From Nannocystales bacterium (GTDB lineage: Bacteria > Myxococcota_A > Polyangia > Nannocystales > Nannocystaceae), in NCBI GenBank assembly GCA_050633305.1, contig JBOEGF010000032.1:128001-192000 (forward strand): DNA of 64,000 bases, written 5' to 3'. Of the stretch, positions 44,629 to 53,324 are shown one piece after another; positions within the stretch are counted from its first letter, which is position 1, and each line of letters opens with the position of its first letter. Below the pieces are notes generated by a model, which was not told the DNA's origin, made no database searches, and worked only from the letters and a program-made list of their open reading frames with translations. Position numbers and translations under genes: made by a program.

Positions 44629-44919
44629 ATGATCAAGGAAATCGTCATCTACAAGATCAAACCCGACCAAGCCCCGGGGTTCTCCATCGCTCGAAGCGCC
44701 CTCGCCGAGGAACTCGCGGAGCTTCCAGGGTTTCACAGCATCACCACCGAAGTCAGCACCGACGATGAGCACATGTTCATCGACATCGCGTTGTGGCGGA
44801 CAGCGGACGATGCCAAGCGAGCATTCGAAGGATTCCCAAAACTGAAGTCCGCTCCGGCTCTCATGGCGGCGCTCGAGGGCGACCCTGTGTTCGCAGGGCA
44901 TTTCGAGGCGAACGCGTAG
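44629..44919 (+). CDS. Antibiotic biosynthesis monooxygenase-like (dimeric alpha-beta barrel) protein
   Basis: MIKEIVIYKIKP...LPGF...FIDIALWRTADDA...AGHF, 96 aa. Confidence 0.75.
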   Translation: MIKEIVIYKIKPDQAPGFSIARSALAEELAELPGFHSITTEVSTDDEHMFIDIALWRTADDAKRAFEGFPKLKSAPALMAALEGDPVFAGHFEANA

Positions 44920-44946
44920 GCCTGCACCACGCCCCCCTGGGACTTC

Positions 44947-45297
44947 ATGCCCAACAAGAGTACAAAGAACGCATTGGTCATCGGAGGGCTGTTTGCGCTC
45001 ATCGAGACACTGCTGGTCTACGGCGTCGACCCCGACGGGGAGGGATGGGTGCTGCTGCAGGGAGCCACGTTCTGGTTCTCCTGCGGCGTCCTGGTCGCCC
45101 TTTCCAAAACCGACCTACACCCGTTCGTCAACAGCATGTTTGTCGTCGTCCTCATGAACGTGCCTTGGTACATCGCACTGGCAGTCGTTCCGCATCAACT
45201 CGAGCTCCTTCCCCCGCTCGTCCTCGCAAGCGTGGTTCTCGGAGGTGTGGGCGGGGGCGTGAAGACCTGGCTCGACCGGGACCGAAGGAAGGCCTGA
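44947..45297 (+). CDS. Small 4-TM membrane protein
   Basis: Four hydrophobic segments in 116 aa, downstream of the ABM gene. Confidence 0.7.
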   Translation: MPNKSTKNALVIGGLFALIETLLVYGVDPDGEGWVLLQGATFWFSCGVLVALSKTDLHPFVNSMFVVVLMNVPWYIALAVVPHQLELLPPLVLASVVLGGVGGGVKTWLDRDRRKA

Positions 45298-45514
45298 GTC
45301 CGCCGAACGCGCCCCCGCCATCGGACCGGGCACGGCTGGAGTGAACCCGCCCGCCACGGTAATGCGTTGCCGCGTCGCTGTGGATGAGCGTAACGGACGT
45401 GGTCGCGCACACACGAACTCCAGAGTGAAACGTTTGCGGATGAACCCCGGTCCCAGCCGACACTCATATCGGCATGCAAACGGCGGGTCGCGGTCATCAG
45501 GCGGGGAATCGAGA

Positions 45515-47212
45515 GTGAAGAGGGTCGAATCCTCCGCCGCACTGCTCGCGTACGGACTCCTCATGGGGTGCTACGCAGGCACAGACGCAAACCGAGGACC
45601 CGGCACGGGGACCGACGGTCAGGGGACGGACGGTGAAACAACCGGGTCCAGCCAGGGGGAGACCGATGGGAGTGACAGCGGCGAGGAGCCTCCAGGGACC
45701 GCGGACTGTTCTCTTGGCGCGGAGCCCATCCGCCGACTCGGCCGTCTCGAATACGCCAACACTCTCGCGACGCTGTTTCCTGGCGTCGCGCTTCCTCTGG
45801 ACCTGCCTATCGAGGATGGTCGTGTCGACGGGTTCGTCGGCCACGCCAGCGGCCAGACGGCCTCAACGCTGAGCGTCGCTCGCTACGAAGGGCTCGCCAG
45901 CGATGTCGCCGAGTCCGCGGCCCAGAACCTGGGGTCGTGGGCGCCGTGCACCGACGACTCTGCAACGTGCACCGAAGACATCGCCGCCGAGCTGGCGATG
46001 CGCGCCTACCGACGGCCGCTCGATGCCGAAGAGGAAGCCGCAGCGCGCGCTCTGGCCACCGCGGCATACTCGGATTTTGGCCAAGTTGAAGCCGTGCAGG
46101 TCACCGTGGAGGCGATCCTTCAGTCGCCGTTCTTCCTGTACCGCCCCCAGTTTGGTGTCGCCGGCGATGGGGCCACCGTGCCCCTGGGCGACTTCGAGAT
46201 GGCCAGCCAACTCTCGTACTTCTTCCTCGACGACATGCCCGATGCAGAGCTTTGGGCGGCAGCCCAGGCGGGTGAGCTCACAGACCCAGACGGCCTCGAA
46301 GCTCAGGCGCGACGGCTCCTGGTCGACCCACGGGCCGAGGATGTGCTGACCGGTTTCCTCAGCGAATGGCTTCGGTTGTACAAGCTCGAGGAGGTCAGCT
46401 TGGACGAAGGAGCCTTCCCACAGTGGGATGAGACCCTCCAGGCGGACCTCGACGAGTCCGCGCGACTCTTTCTGCACGAGGCGCTTTGGGAAGCCGACTC
46501 CTGGGAAGCCCTCATGAGCGGAAGCTACGGCTACGTCAATGACCGGCTCGCACCGATCTTCGGCGTGGCTGCACCCGGGTCTGCCGACTTCGTGCGGGTC
46601 GAACTCGACCCGACCCAGCGCCGCGGCATCCTCACGCAGCCCGGCATCCTGGCCTCGACGTCCCACGGCATCTCCCACTCGCCGATTTTTCGCGGCGTGA
46701 CCGTGCTGGACAACATCATGTGTAATCCGGTCCCGGCGGCCCCTCCAGGCTTCGCAGATGAGGACCCGAACGACGTCTCGCCGGAAGACATCTGCACAAC
46801 TCGGGACCAGGTTTGGCTCACGCATACCAACCGCTCGGAATGTCTCGTCTGCCACAACGCGATCGACAACGTCGGGTTCACCTTCGAAAACTACGACGCG
46901 CTCGGTCGGTTCCGCACCGACGAGAACGGTTGCAGTATCGACGCAAGCGGTGCCTTCCCCGGAGAGATCGGCGAGGTAAGCGGGCCGATCGAGGCAGCAG
47001 AGGCACTGGCGAACAGCACACAAACCGTACGCTGCGCAGGGGAGCACGTCGTGCGATTCACGATGGGCCGCAGCACCCGAGAGGGCGACGACTGCGAGCT
47101 CGAAGCACTGGCCGACGCGGTTCAGGCTGGTGGAAGCCTACAAGAGATGTTCATTCAGATGACACTGTCGCCCACGTTCCGTCGGCGAGCCAACACCGGA
47201 GAGTCGCCATGA
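45515..47212 (+). CDS. DUF1587/1595/1592/1588/1585 (PSD-type) lipoprotein with CxxCH
   Basis: Lipobox LMGC, IRRLGRLEYANTL, AYRRPL, ILQSPFFLYR, EMASQLSYF...PD, RRGILTQ...SPIFRG, CLVCH...GFTFENYDALGRFR. Confidence 0.92.
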   Translation: MKRVESSAALLAYGLLMGCYAGTDANRGPGTGTDGQGTDGETTGSSQGETDGSDSGEEPPGTADCSLGAEPIRRLGRLEYANTLATLFPGVALPLDLPIEDGRVDGFVGHASGQTASTLSVARYEGLASDVAESAAQNLGSWAPCTDDSATCTEDIAAELAMRAYRRPLDAEEEAAARALATAAYSDFGQVEAVQVTVEAILQSPFFLYRPQFGVAGDGATVPLGDFEMASQLSYFFLDDMPDAELWAAAQAGELTDPDGLEAQARRLLVDPRAEDVLTGFLSEWLRLYKLEEVSLDEGAFPQWDETLQADLDESARLFLHEALWEADSWEALMSGSYGYVNDRLAPIFGVAAPGSADFVRVELDPTQRRGILTQPGILASTSHGISHSPIFRGVTVLDNIMCNPVPAAPPGFADEDPNDVSPEDICTTRDQVWLTHTNRSECLVCHNAIDNVGFTFENYDALGRFRTDENGCSIDASGAFPGEIGEVSGPIEAAEALANSTQTVRCAGEHVVRFTMGRSTREGDDCELEALADAVQAGGSLQEMFIQMTLSPTFRRRANTGESP

Positions 47213-48726
47213 GCCGTAGCTTCGATCGTCGATCCCTCTTCAAGCTCTTGGCTGCCAGTTCGGTGGGCAGCATGCTCCCATGGCTGCACTCTCCACAGGC
47301 ACGGGGCGGCGGTGCTGACAGCGTGCCGCTACGGATCCTCTTCGTCGAACTTGGCCATGGGTTTCGGCGCGGCACGTGGGAGCCCACGGTGAGCGGTGCC
47401 CTCGATCCCCTCGCCACGGAGACGACGACGGACTGGACGCTGCGGCCCAAGCTCTCCGCGCTCGAGCCCTACCGCGAGCGGATCAACATGTTCTACAACC
47501 TCGACATGGTCTCGTCGAAGGTTGACCCGACCGCGGCCGCAAATGCACACATCGACGGCCAGACCCACTACATGACCTCGGAAGACAGGATCGCGGCAGA
47601 CCTGGGAGGGGGCGTGTCGATCGACCAGTTGATCGCCCAGGGGATCGCGGACAGCGGCGTTCAAACCCGCCTGCGCTCGTTGGAGCTTCTCGCGGACGAG
47701 AACAGCATCGCGCTCTACAACGAGACCTCGGACGTGGGGCGCTACGCCATTCCCGGGGAGAGGCTGCCTGCGATTTCACACCCACCGTTGGGGTGGGACC
47801 ACATCTTCCCCAAGCCCCTGAGCACCGACCTCGCGGCGCAACAGCGCCACGTCGCCAAGAAGACCAGCGCCTACAACTACATCCGCGGGGACTACGAGCG
47901 CCTCGTGGCACGGCTGGGCGGTGAAGATCGGACCAAGATCGAGTCGATGCTCGACCTGCGCTCCGACTTGCACAACGCCCTGACCCTCTTCAATGACCGC
48001 GACGCGAACCGGCCCGATAGGGGGGACGTGCTCGCCCCCTACGAGGCGCTCGATGACGGGGCCGACGGGTCGCCGGGCAACCCCAAGTGGTCCGTGAAAT
48101 CGCGAGTGCAGTCCCAGCTGATGGCCGCTGCACTCCATACAGACACAACCCGGGTCGGCAACCTCATTTTTCGCTGGGCCCCCTACTACCAGACGGGCTA
48201 CGCCGATGGGATGTCGTTCGGCGGCGTCTCCACGCTCGACTTCCACGACCTCGTGCACAAGGCGAGCGGCGACGTTGCGGACATCTCCGACCCCACAGGC
48301 CTCGCGGTGGTGGACGATGCGGAGGTTCTCGAGGTGGATCTGTTGCGGAACGTGCTCGACACCCTCGCCACCCTCCCGGAGACGGACGGTCAAACGATGC
48401 TCGAGCACACGCTGGTGGTCGTCGTCCACCATATCGGGGAAGGCTCCCATGACCTCACCCGAATTCCGTTCTTCACGATCGGGGATGCGCACGGCTCGTT
48501 GAGCACGGGGAACTACGTTCGTTTCCCGGCGACGTGGCACGACGACCCCACGCAGGTCGGCCAGTTCAACTACCCCGAGGACTGGGGCGACCGACTGTTC
48601 AACCACAAAGGACGCCCCCACGGGGACCTGTTCGCGACTCTCGCCCAAGCCATGGGCCTCGACGTATCGACGTTTGGTCGGCAGATGCCGGAGTCCCGCG
48701 GCTTGATCTCCGAGATTCTCGCCTAG
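47209..48726 (+). CDS. DUF1552 domain protein with Tat signal
   Basis: MSRSFDRRSLFK twin-Arg leader, SIDQLIA, RLGGEDRTKIE, FHDLVH, TMLEHTLV, SHD...P. ATGA overlap with the upstream gene. Confidence 0.9.
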   Translation: MSRSFDRRSLFKLLAASSVGSMLPWLHSPQARGGGADSVPLRILFVELGHGFRRGTWEPTVSGALDPLATETTTDWTLRPKLSALEPYRERINMFYNLDMVSSKVDPTAAANAHIDGQTHYMTSEDRIAADLGGGVSIDQLIAQGIADSGVQTRLRSLELLADENSIALYNETSDVGRYAIPGERLPAISHPPLGWDHIFPKPLSTDLAAQQRHVAKKTSAYNYIRGDYERLVARLGGEDRTKIESMLDLRSDLHNALTLFNDRDANRPDRGDVLAPYEALDDGADGSPGNPKWSVKSRVQSQLMAAALHTDTTRVGNLIFRWAPYYQTGYADGMSFGGVSTLDFHDLVHKASGDVADISDPTGLAVVDDAEVLEVDLLRNVLDTLATLPETDGQTMLEHTLVVVVHHIGEGSHDLTRIPFFTIGDAHGSLSTGNYVRFPATWHDDPTQVGQFNYPEDWGDRLFNHKGRPHGDLFATLAQAMGLDVSTFGRQMPESRGLISEILA

Positions 48727-48834
48727 CGCCGCGGCGGGGGTCAAAGCGACGACAGCGGGCACGTCCCCGGTACGAGACCGGACTGGTCGCACACGACCCC
48801 GACACGAACGAGTGAGAATCCATGCCGAGTGACA

Positions 48835-48850
48835 TGGCCCTGACATTGCT
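48835..48850 (+). promoter_or_regulatory. Putative sigma54 (-24/-12) promoter
   Basis: TGGCCC-TGACA-TTGCT with exact GG-N10-GC spacing, about 90 nt upstream of ATG 48940. Confidence 0.6.
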
Positions 48851-48939
48851 CTGGCCCGCATCGGAGTCACGGCTCTGGGGCTCGTCGATTTTCCCAGGTT
48901 GGGCCTCGTGGAAACAGTGACTTATCGAGTCAAGCGACT

Positions 48940-49725
48940 ATGGACAATAGCGTGAAGCTCGTTCCCAGCATTCTAATCCCAGCCATCTACATCGCCACCG
49001 CTGCGCTCACGGCATGCAGCGAACCCGCGGACACTGAGCCCGGAACCCTGCGAATGGGTCTGGCGGGCCAAGACGCAGACGGTCACTATTATCGGCTCCG
49101 TTCCGGCTTCATCGACGTTTCGGGGCCCACGTTCGTGTCCCTGGACACCGAGATGGACCCGAATACGACCGAGTACCTCACGGTCGATGTCCCGACGGGT
49201 GACTACAGCCTCACGCTCCAGCCCGGCTGGTGGGTCGAGCAATGGGACCCGTTCTCGGACCAAAGCTTCGCGATCGAGGCACGGCTCATCTCGGAGAACC
49301 CCGCGAGCGCCACGGTCACTCAACTCTCGACGTCCATCGTCACTTACACGTTCTACGTGGAAGGCGTTGGACCGATCAGCCTCGGCGATGGAGACCTCGC
49401 GGTGGACGTGGACTTCGATACCGAGCCGCCGATCTGCGACCCCGACATCCAGGACTGCGCCAACGGACTCACATGTTCTCTCACCGACTTCGCGACCCCA
49501 CAGTTCGAGTGCGGACCGGAGGGATTCGCAGCGGCGTACCAAGACTGCTACACCGCGTTCGACTGCGAGATGGACCACGCATGCGCTCCGGCCACAGAGA
49601 ACCTCAACTGTGCGTTCGGCCCCGATTGCTGCGTGCCAACATGTGACCTCGCGGCACCGGCTTGTCCGAACGGAGAGGCTTGCGTGCCGCTGGATGGCAC
49701 GACCGGAATCTGTTCGACCAACTAA
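48940..49725 (+). CDS. Lipoprotein with beta-sandwich domain and Cys-rich C-terminal region
   Basis: Lipobox LTAC, YRLRSG motif, CDPDIQDC...CCVPTCDL...C Cys-rich tail. Confidence 0.8.
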   Translation: MDNSVKLVPSILIPAIYIATAALTACSEPADTEPGTLRMGLAGQDADGHYYRLRSGFIDVSGPTFVSLDTEMDPNTTEYLTVDVPTGDYSLTLQPGWWVEQWDPFSDQSFAIEARLISENPASATVTQLSTSIVTYTFYVEGVGPISLGDGDLAVDVDFDTEPPICDPDIQDCANGLTCSLTDFATPQFECGPEGFAAAYQDCYTAFDCEMDHACAPATENLNCAFGPDCCVPTCDLAAPACPNGEACVPLDGTTGICSTN

Positions 49726-50060
49726 GAGCGCCCCCGCAGAGACCCGCGGAGTCTCCGCCCCGGGTGTTTCGCCCCCCAGGACCCGCTCTGTGGACCCGGA
49801 GACGCGCCCGTGTGGCAGCCCGAGCTCGCATCGATGCAGCAGGGGTGGAGGAGATGACCCGTCCACGAGCGTGGCTGTGCGCCCTCGGGCGGGGACCCGG
49901 TCGGCGATGCTCTCCCGACCGGAGACGTCACCGTGTGCTGTCGAACTTGGCAGGACTCCGTGTACCGAAGGCTCACGCAGCGGACGACGACCTCCGACAA
50001 CGGATGCACACAGGCCCGTGCTCCGCGGCTCGGCTTTGTGTCAGACTCCATCCGCCGCCG

Positions 50061-51461
50061 ATGACAGAGCTTCCCCCCGGGCCTCGAGCCCCCAAGATCG
50101 TGCAAGCGCTTTCGTTTGGCCGCGACCCCACGCGGTACCTGCTCCAATGTGCGGCCGCGTACGGCGACATGTTTACGCTCCGCATGCCCAACGATCCGCC
50201 CAGGGTCGTGCTCAGCAATCCGGTCGCCGTCAAGAAGGTGTTCTCGTTACGGCCCGACGCGTACCGCTCCGACAACCTGGCGATTCATCTCAACCTTGGG
50301 TCCCGCTCGATCCTGTTTCGAGATGGTGAGCAGCACAAGCAGCTGCGCCGCCTCACCGCTCCATCCCTGCAGGCCAAACAGGTGCGTGGGTATGCAGACG
50401 CCATGTTGGAGGTTACGCGAGAGACAGTCGCGCGTTGGCCCACCGACACCGCGTTTCCATTGCTCCCGGAGATGAACCGAATCGCGCTCGACGTCGTGCT
50501 CCGATGTGTATTCGGCGTCGAAGGCTCGGAGCGAGATGCGCTACGAGTTCAGGTGCTGACATGGCTACAGGGCACGCTGTCTCCTGCGCTCTTCGTCACC
50601 GGAATGGTGGTCAACGCCTACCGACTCCGACGCGTTCTCGACCGCGCCGTCGACCGAGCTCGAACCCGGCTTGGGCGACGTCCGCTGCTGTTTCGCGGGC
50701 TCGCCGATGCCAAGGTGGGTATCTTGGCGGCGCTCCAACAACGCATCGAGCACTGTCGTCACGCGCCGGCAGGGGCTCACAACAACGTCCTGTCGCTCCT
50801 CGTCGGCGCCCGCTACGAAGACGGATCGCCACTGGACGACGAAGACATTCTCGACCAGCTCGTCACTTTTCTCGTCGGAGGGCACGAGACAACCGCCAAC
50901 ACCCTCGCGTGGGCGCTCTCGATGATCGTGCGCCGGCCCGCTGTGCTCGCCCGTGTTCAAGCCGAGCTGTACGACCACTTCGGGGATGGAGACATCGATG
51001 CAAGCCGCGCAGGCGAGCTGAGCTACCTCGATGCGTGCCTCAAGGAGTCGATGAGGTTGTCTCCGATCTCCCCGGGACCCATCCGGACACTCACCCAAGA
51101 ATGCCAGCTACCCGGCTACCGCCTATCTCCCGGCACGGCCGTGTGGGCTTCGACCTATCTCACGCACCGACGCGCTGACGTCTGGAAGAACTCGGACAGA
51201 TTCAACCCCGAGCGCTTCTTGGAAGGGGCTGGACCGGGAGCCCACGAGTTCTTTCCCTTCGGTGGAGGCGCACGGCGATGCCTCGGAGCACTCTTCGCAG
51301 AGTTCGAGATGCGGATCGTGTTGGCCGAGATTCTCCACCGATTCGAGCTCCTGCCCTGCGCCGATCCCCCTCAGGCAGTCTTTGCAGGCATCTCGATGTC
51401 ACCGGCCGACGGAGTCCCGGTCCGGACGCGGCGTCGCGACGTTGCGAAGCCGGACGCATGA
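50061..51461 (+). CDS. Cytochrome P450
   Basis: LPPGP, I-helix GGHETT, KESMR (ExxR), FNPERF, heme motif PFGGGARRCLG. Confidence 0.96.
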   Translation: MTELPPGPRAPKIVQALSFGRDPTRYLLQCAAAYGDMFTLRMPNDPPRVVLSNPVAVKKVFSLRPDAYRSDNLAIHLNLGSRSILFRDGEQHKQLRRLTAPSLQAKQVRGYADAMLEVTRETVARWPTDTAFPLLPEMNRIALDVVLRCVFGVEGSERDALRVQVLTWLQGTLSPALFVTGMVVNAYRLRRVLDRAVDRARTRLGRRPLLFRGLADAKVGILAALQQRIEHCRHAPAGAHNNVLSLLVGARYEDGSPLDDEDILDQLVTFLVGGHETTANTLAWALSMIVRRPAVLARVQAELYDHFGDGDIDASRAGELSYLDACLKESMRLSPISPGPIRTLTQECQLPGYRLSPGTAVWASTYLTHRRADVWKNSDRFNPERFLEGAGPGAHEFFPFGGGARRCLGALFAEFEMRIVLAEILHRFELLPCADPPQAVFAGISMSPADGVPVRTRRRDVAKPDA

Positions 51462-51494
51462 TCCGGCTCCGGGATCCCCGGTCACGCTCAACGC

Positions 51495-52469
51495 CTACCC
51501 GACCACCAGGCGCTTCGCCGACCATGGCCCCCACAGACAGCCTTGGCTTCCGAACGCACACATCGACCATAGTCCGGGCGCATGCTCGGCCACCCAGGGT
51601 GTTCGCGTGCGCGTGTCGATGAGCCGTGTCGCGGTCCATCGCTGGGCCTGGGCCAAGGGGGGCAACGGAACCCCGATCGCTCTGAGTCGAGCATCGATGT
51701 CGAGCATCGCCTGCTCGGGGTCGCGGCGGTCTCCCTCCAGCATGCGATACGAAGCACCCCAAGCCATCCGGGACGGCGCACCGCTGGCGTGCCCACCATG
51801 AATCCGGAACGGCCCCAGTAGAACGCCGTGGGACCAGGCGAGCGACCCTTCTGCGCGCGCAAGGTTCGAGACATCGACGAACGGTCGAAGCAATCCCCGC
51901 GTCGCTGCTCCTGCGGCCACAACCACGCGGCTGGCCATCCAGACCCCACCTCCGTGAAGCTTCACCGACCACCCCTCCGACGCGGGCGAGAGGCATTCGA
52001 CGCGGCCGGCATACCAGCCGATGCCTGCCCCGCCCTGCTCTGCACGTTCCGTCTCGAGCAGCCCGCGGAGATCGACCGCGAGGACCGGGCCGTACTCCAC
52101 GAAGCGGGATGCGGTCGGGGGGACGACGTGCTCGAACAAGCGCCGTGCCAACGGTTCCACCTGCGGCCACGAGCGAAGCAGTCGCTCGCCCGCCTTGGTC
52201 TCGGGAAGGTGCCGCCGCACGATGTCGGAGCGAACGAAACGGCCCCGTGCGCCAAACCAAGACACCGCCGCGCCCCAGGCATCCTCGACGCCGGCCCGCG
52301 GTGCGAAGGAGCCGCCGACGAACGGATGCACCAACGCGCAGGGAGCATCCGAGGCGCGACGGCCCCCGCCATCGATGACTCGGACGCTCCAGCCCTCTCG
52401 GTGCAGCACCTCCGCCGCGAGCACCCCGGCGAGGCCTCCCCCAACGACAACCACATCACGCAGGGACAT
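51495..52469 (-). CDS. FAD-dependent oxidoreductase, MnmC C-terminal-like (DAO family)
   Basis: VVVVGGGLAG, AS, VVVAAG, WGASY, R...RTP, AFGSQG. Overlaps an mnmD-like gene. Confidence 0.75.
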   Translation of the reverse strand: MSLRDVVVVGGGLAGVLAAEVLHREGWSVRVIDGGGRRASDAPCALVHPFVGGSFAPRAGVEDAWGAAVSWFGARGRFVRSDIVRRHLPETKAGERLLRSWPQVEPLARRLFEHVVPPTASRFVEYGPVLAVDLRGLLETERAEQGGAGIGWYAGRVECLSPASEGWSVKLHGGGVWMASRVVVAAGAATRGLLRPFVDVSNLARAEGSLAWSHGVLLGPFRIHGGHASGAPSRMAWGASYRMLEGDRRDPEQAMLDIDARLRAIGVPLPPLAQAQRWTATRLIDTRTRTPWVAEHAPGLWSMCAFGSQGCLWGPWSAKRLVVG

Positions 52470-53148
52470 TGCGAACCCTCGCTGGCCCCAGTCGCTCTCG
52501 GGCATGGGCTGCGATGGTGAACTCCCGCTTGCCCTCGGTCGGTCCCGGGAGCGTCCCGACGAACAAGCCGACCGCGGCGAGGTTGCGCCGGATCCACCCC
52601 GCCGAGCTGTAGGTGACCAAACGGCCCCCCGGTGCCAGGGCCTTCGCGGCGACTCGGCTCACCTCGACGCTCCAGCTCTCGGGCTCCGCTTCGGGGCCGA
52701 AGGGGTCCAGCCACACCGCATCGAACGTCCCCGGAGGTGCAAAGTCCTCGAACTCGCCACGATGAATCGTCAGCGAGACCCGCTCCTGGTCGGCGGACCC
52801 GTGTTCCGTCGCGCCGACCGCGAGCCCGTGGGCGACCGGGTCGAAACTGGGGAGCATCGAGGCAGGCACCCTCGCACGCTCCACGGCGTGGACTTCGAGC
52901 TCCTGCACGCCCGCAGACCTAGCCGCGGACACCAAAGCCGCGAAGTTCGTTCCGACCCCAAAGCCGAACTCGAGCACGCGAATCCGCGCCTGGCCGAGCA
53001 CATCCGCCCCCCGTACGAAGACGTGCTCAGCCTCGCACAGCGCCCCCCGGTCGGATCGATAGGTCCAACCGGTGTCCGCTCGCGCCAGCGTAGGCGATCC
53101 GTCCCCGGTGGTGAGGACCCGCAGCGCGTGAGGTGCCAGCGTGGTCAC
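52456..53148 (-). CDS. mnmD: tRNA (5-methylaminomethyl-2-thiouridine(34))-methyltransferase (MnmC N-terminal domain)
   Basis: TGDGSPTL...YRS..GALCEAEHVF...VLEFGFGVGTN...DAVWLDPFGP...PESW...TYS...RRNL...PG...KRE. Confidence 0.88.
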   Translation of the reverse strand: MTTLAPHALRVLTTGDGSPTLARADTGWTYRSDRGALCEAEHVFVRGADVLGQARIRVLEFGFGVGTNFAALVSAARSAGVQELEVHAVERARVPASMLPSFDPVAHGLAVGATEHGSADQERVSLTIHRGEFEDFAPPGTFDAVWLDPFGPEAEPESWSVEVSRVAAKALAPGGRLVTYSSAGWIRRNLAAVGLFVGTLPGPTEGKREFTIAAHARERLGPARVRNVPA

Positions 53149-53324
53149 GGGAGCGCACCAAGCTAGCAGCCTGCCGCAAAACCCGCGAGACCGGGAGACG
53201 CCGCCTGGCTCACATCTGGTACGGGCGCAACACGCACGGTGACGTCGACGTGACAGCCTCCCGCACCGCTTGACAGCGATGGGCGCCGACCGGAGGCTGC
53301 GTCCGTTGGGAGGGCTCACGCCCC

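Noticed and set aside
8789..51461. Secondary-metabolite cluster from methyltransferase, sulfotransferase, ABM and P450
   Set aside because: The genes are scattered over 40 kb with no PKS, NRPS, RiPP or terpene core.
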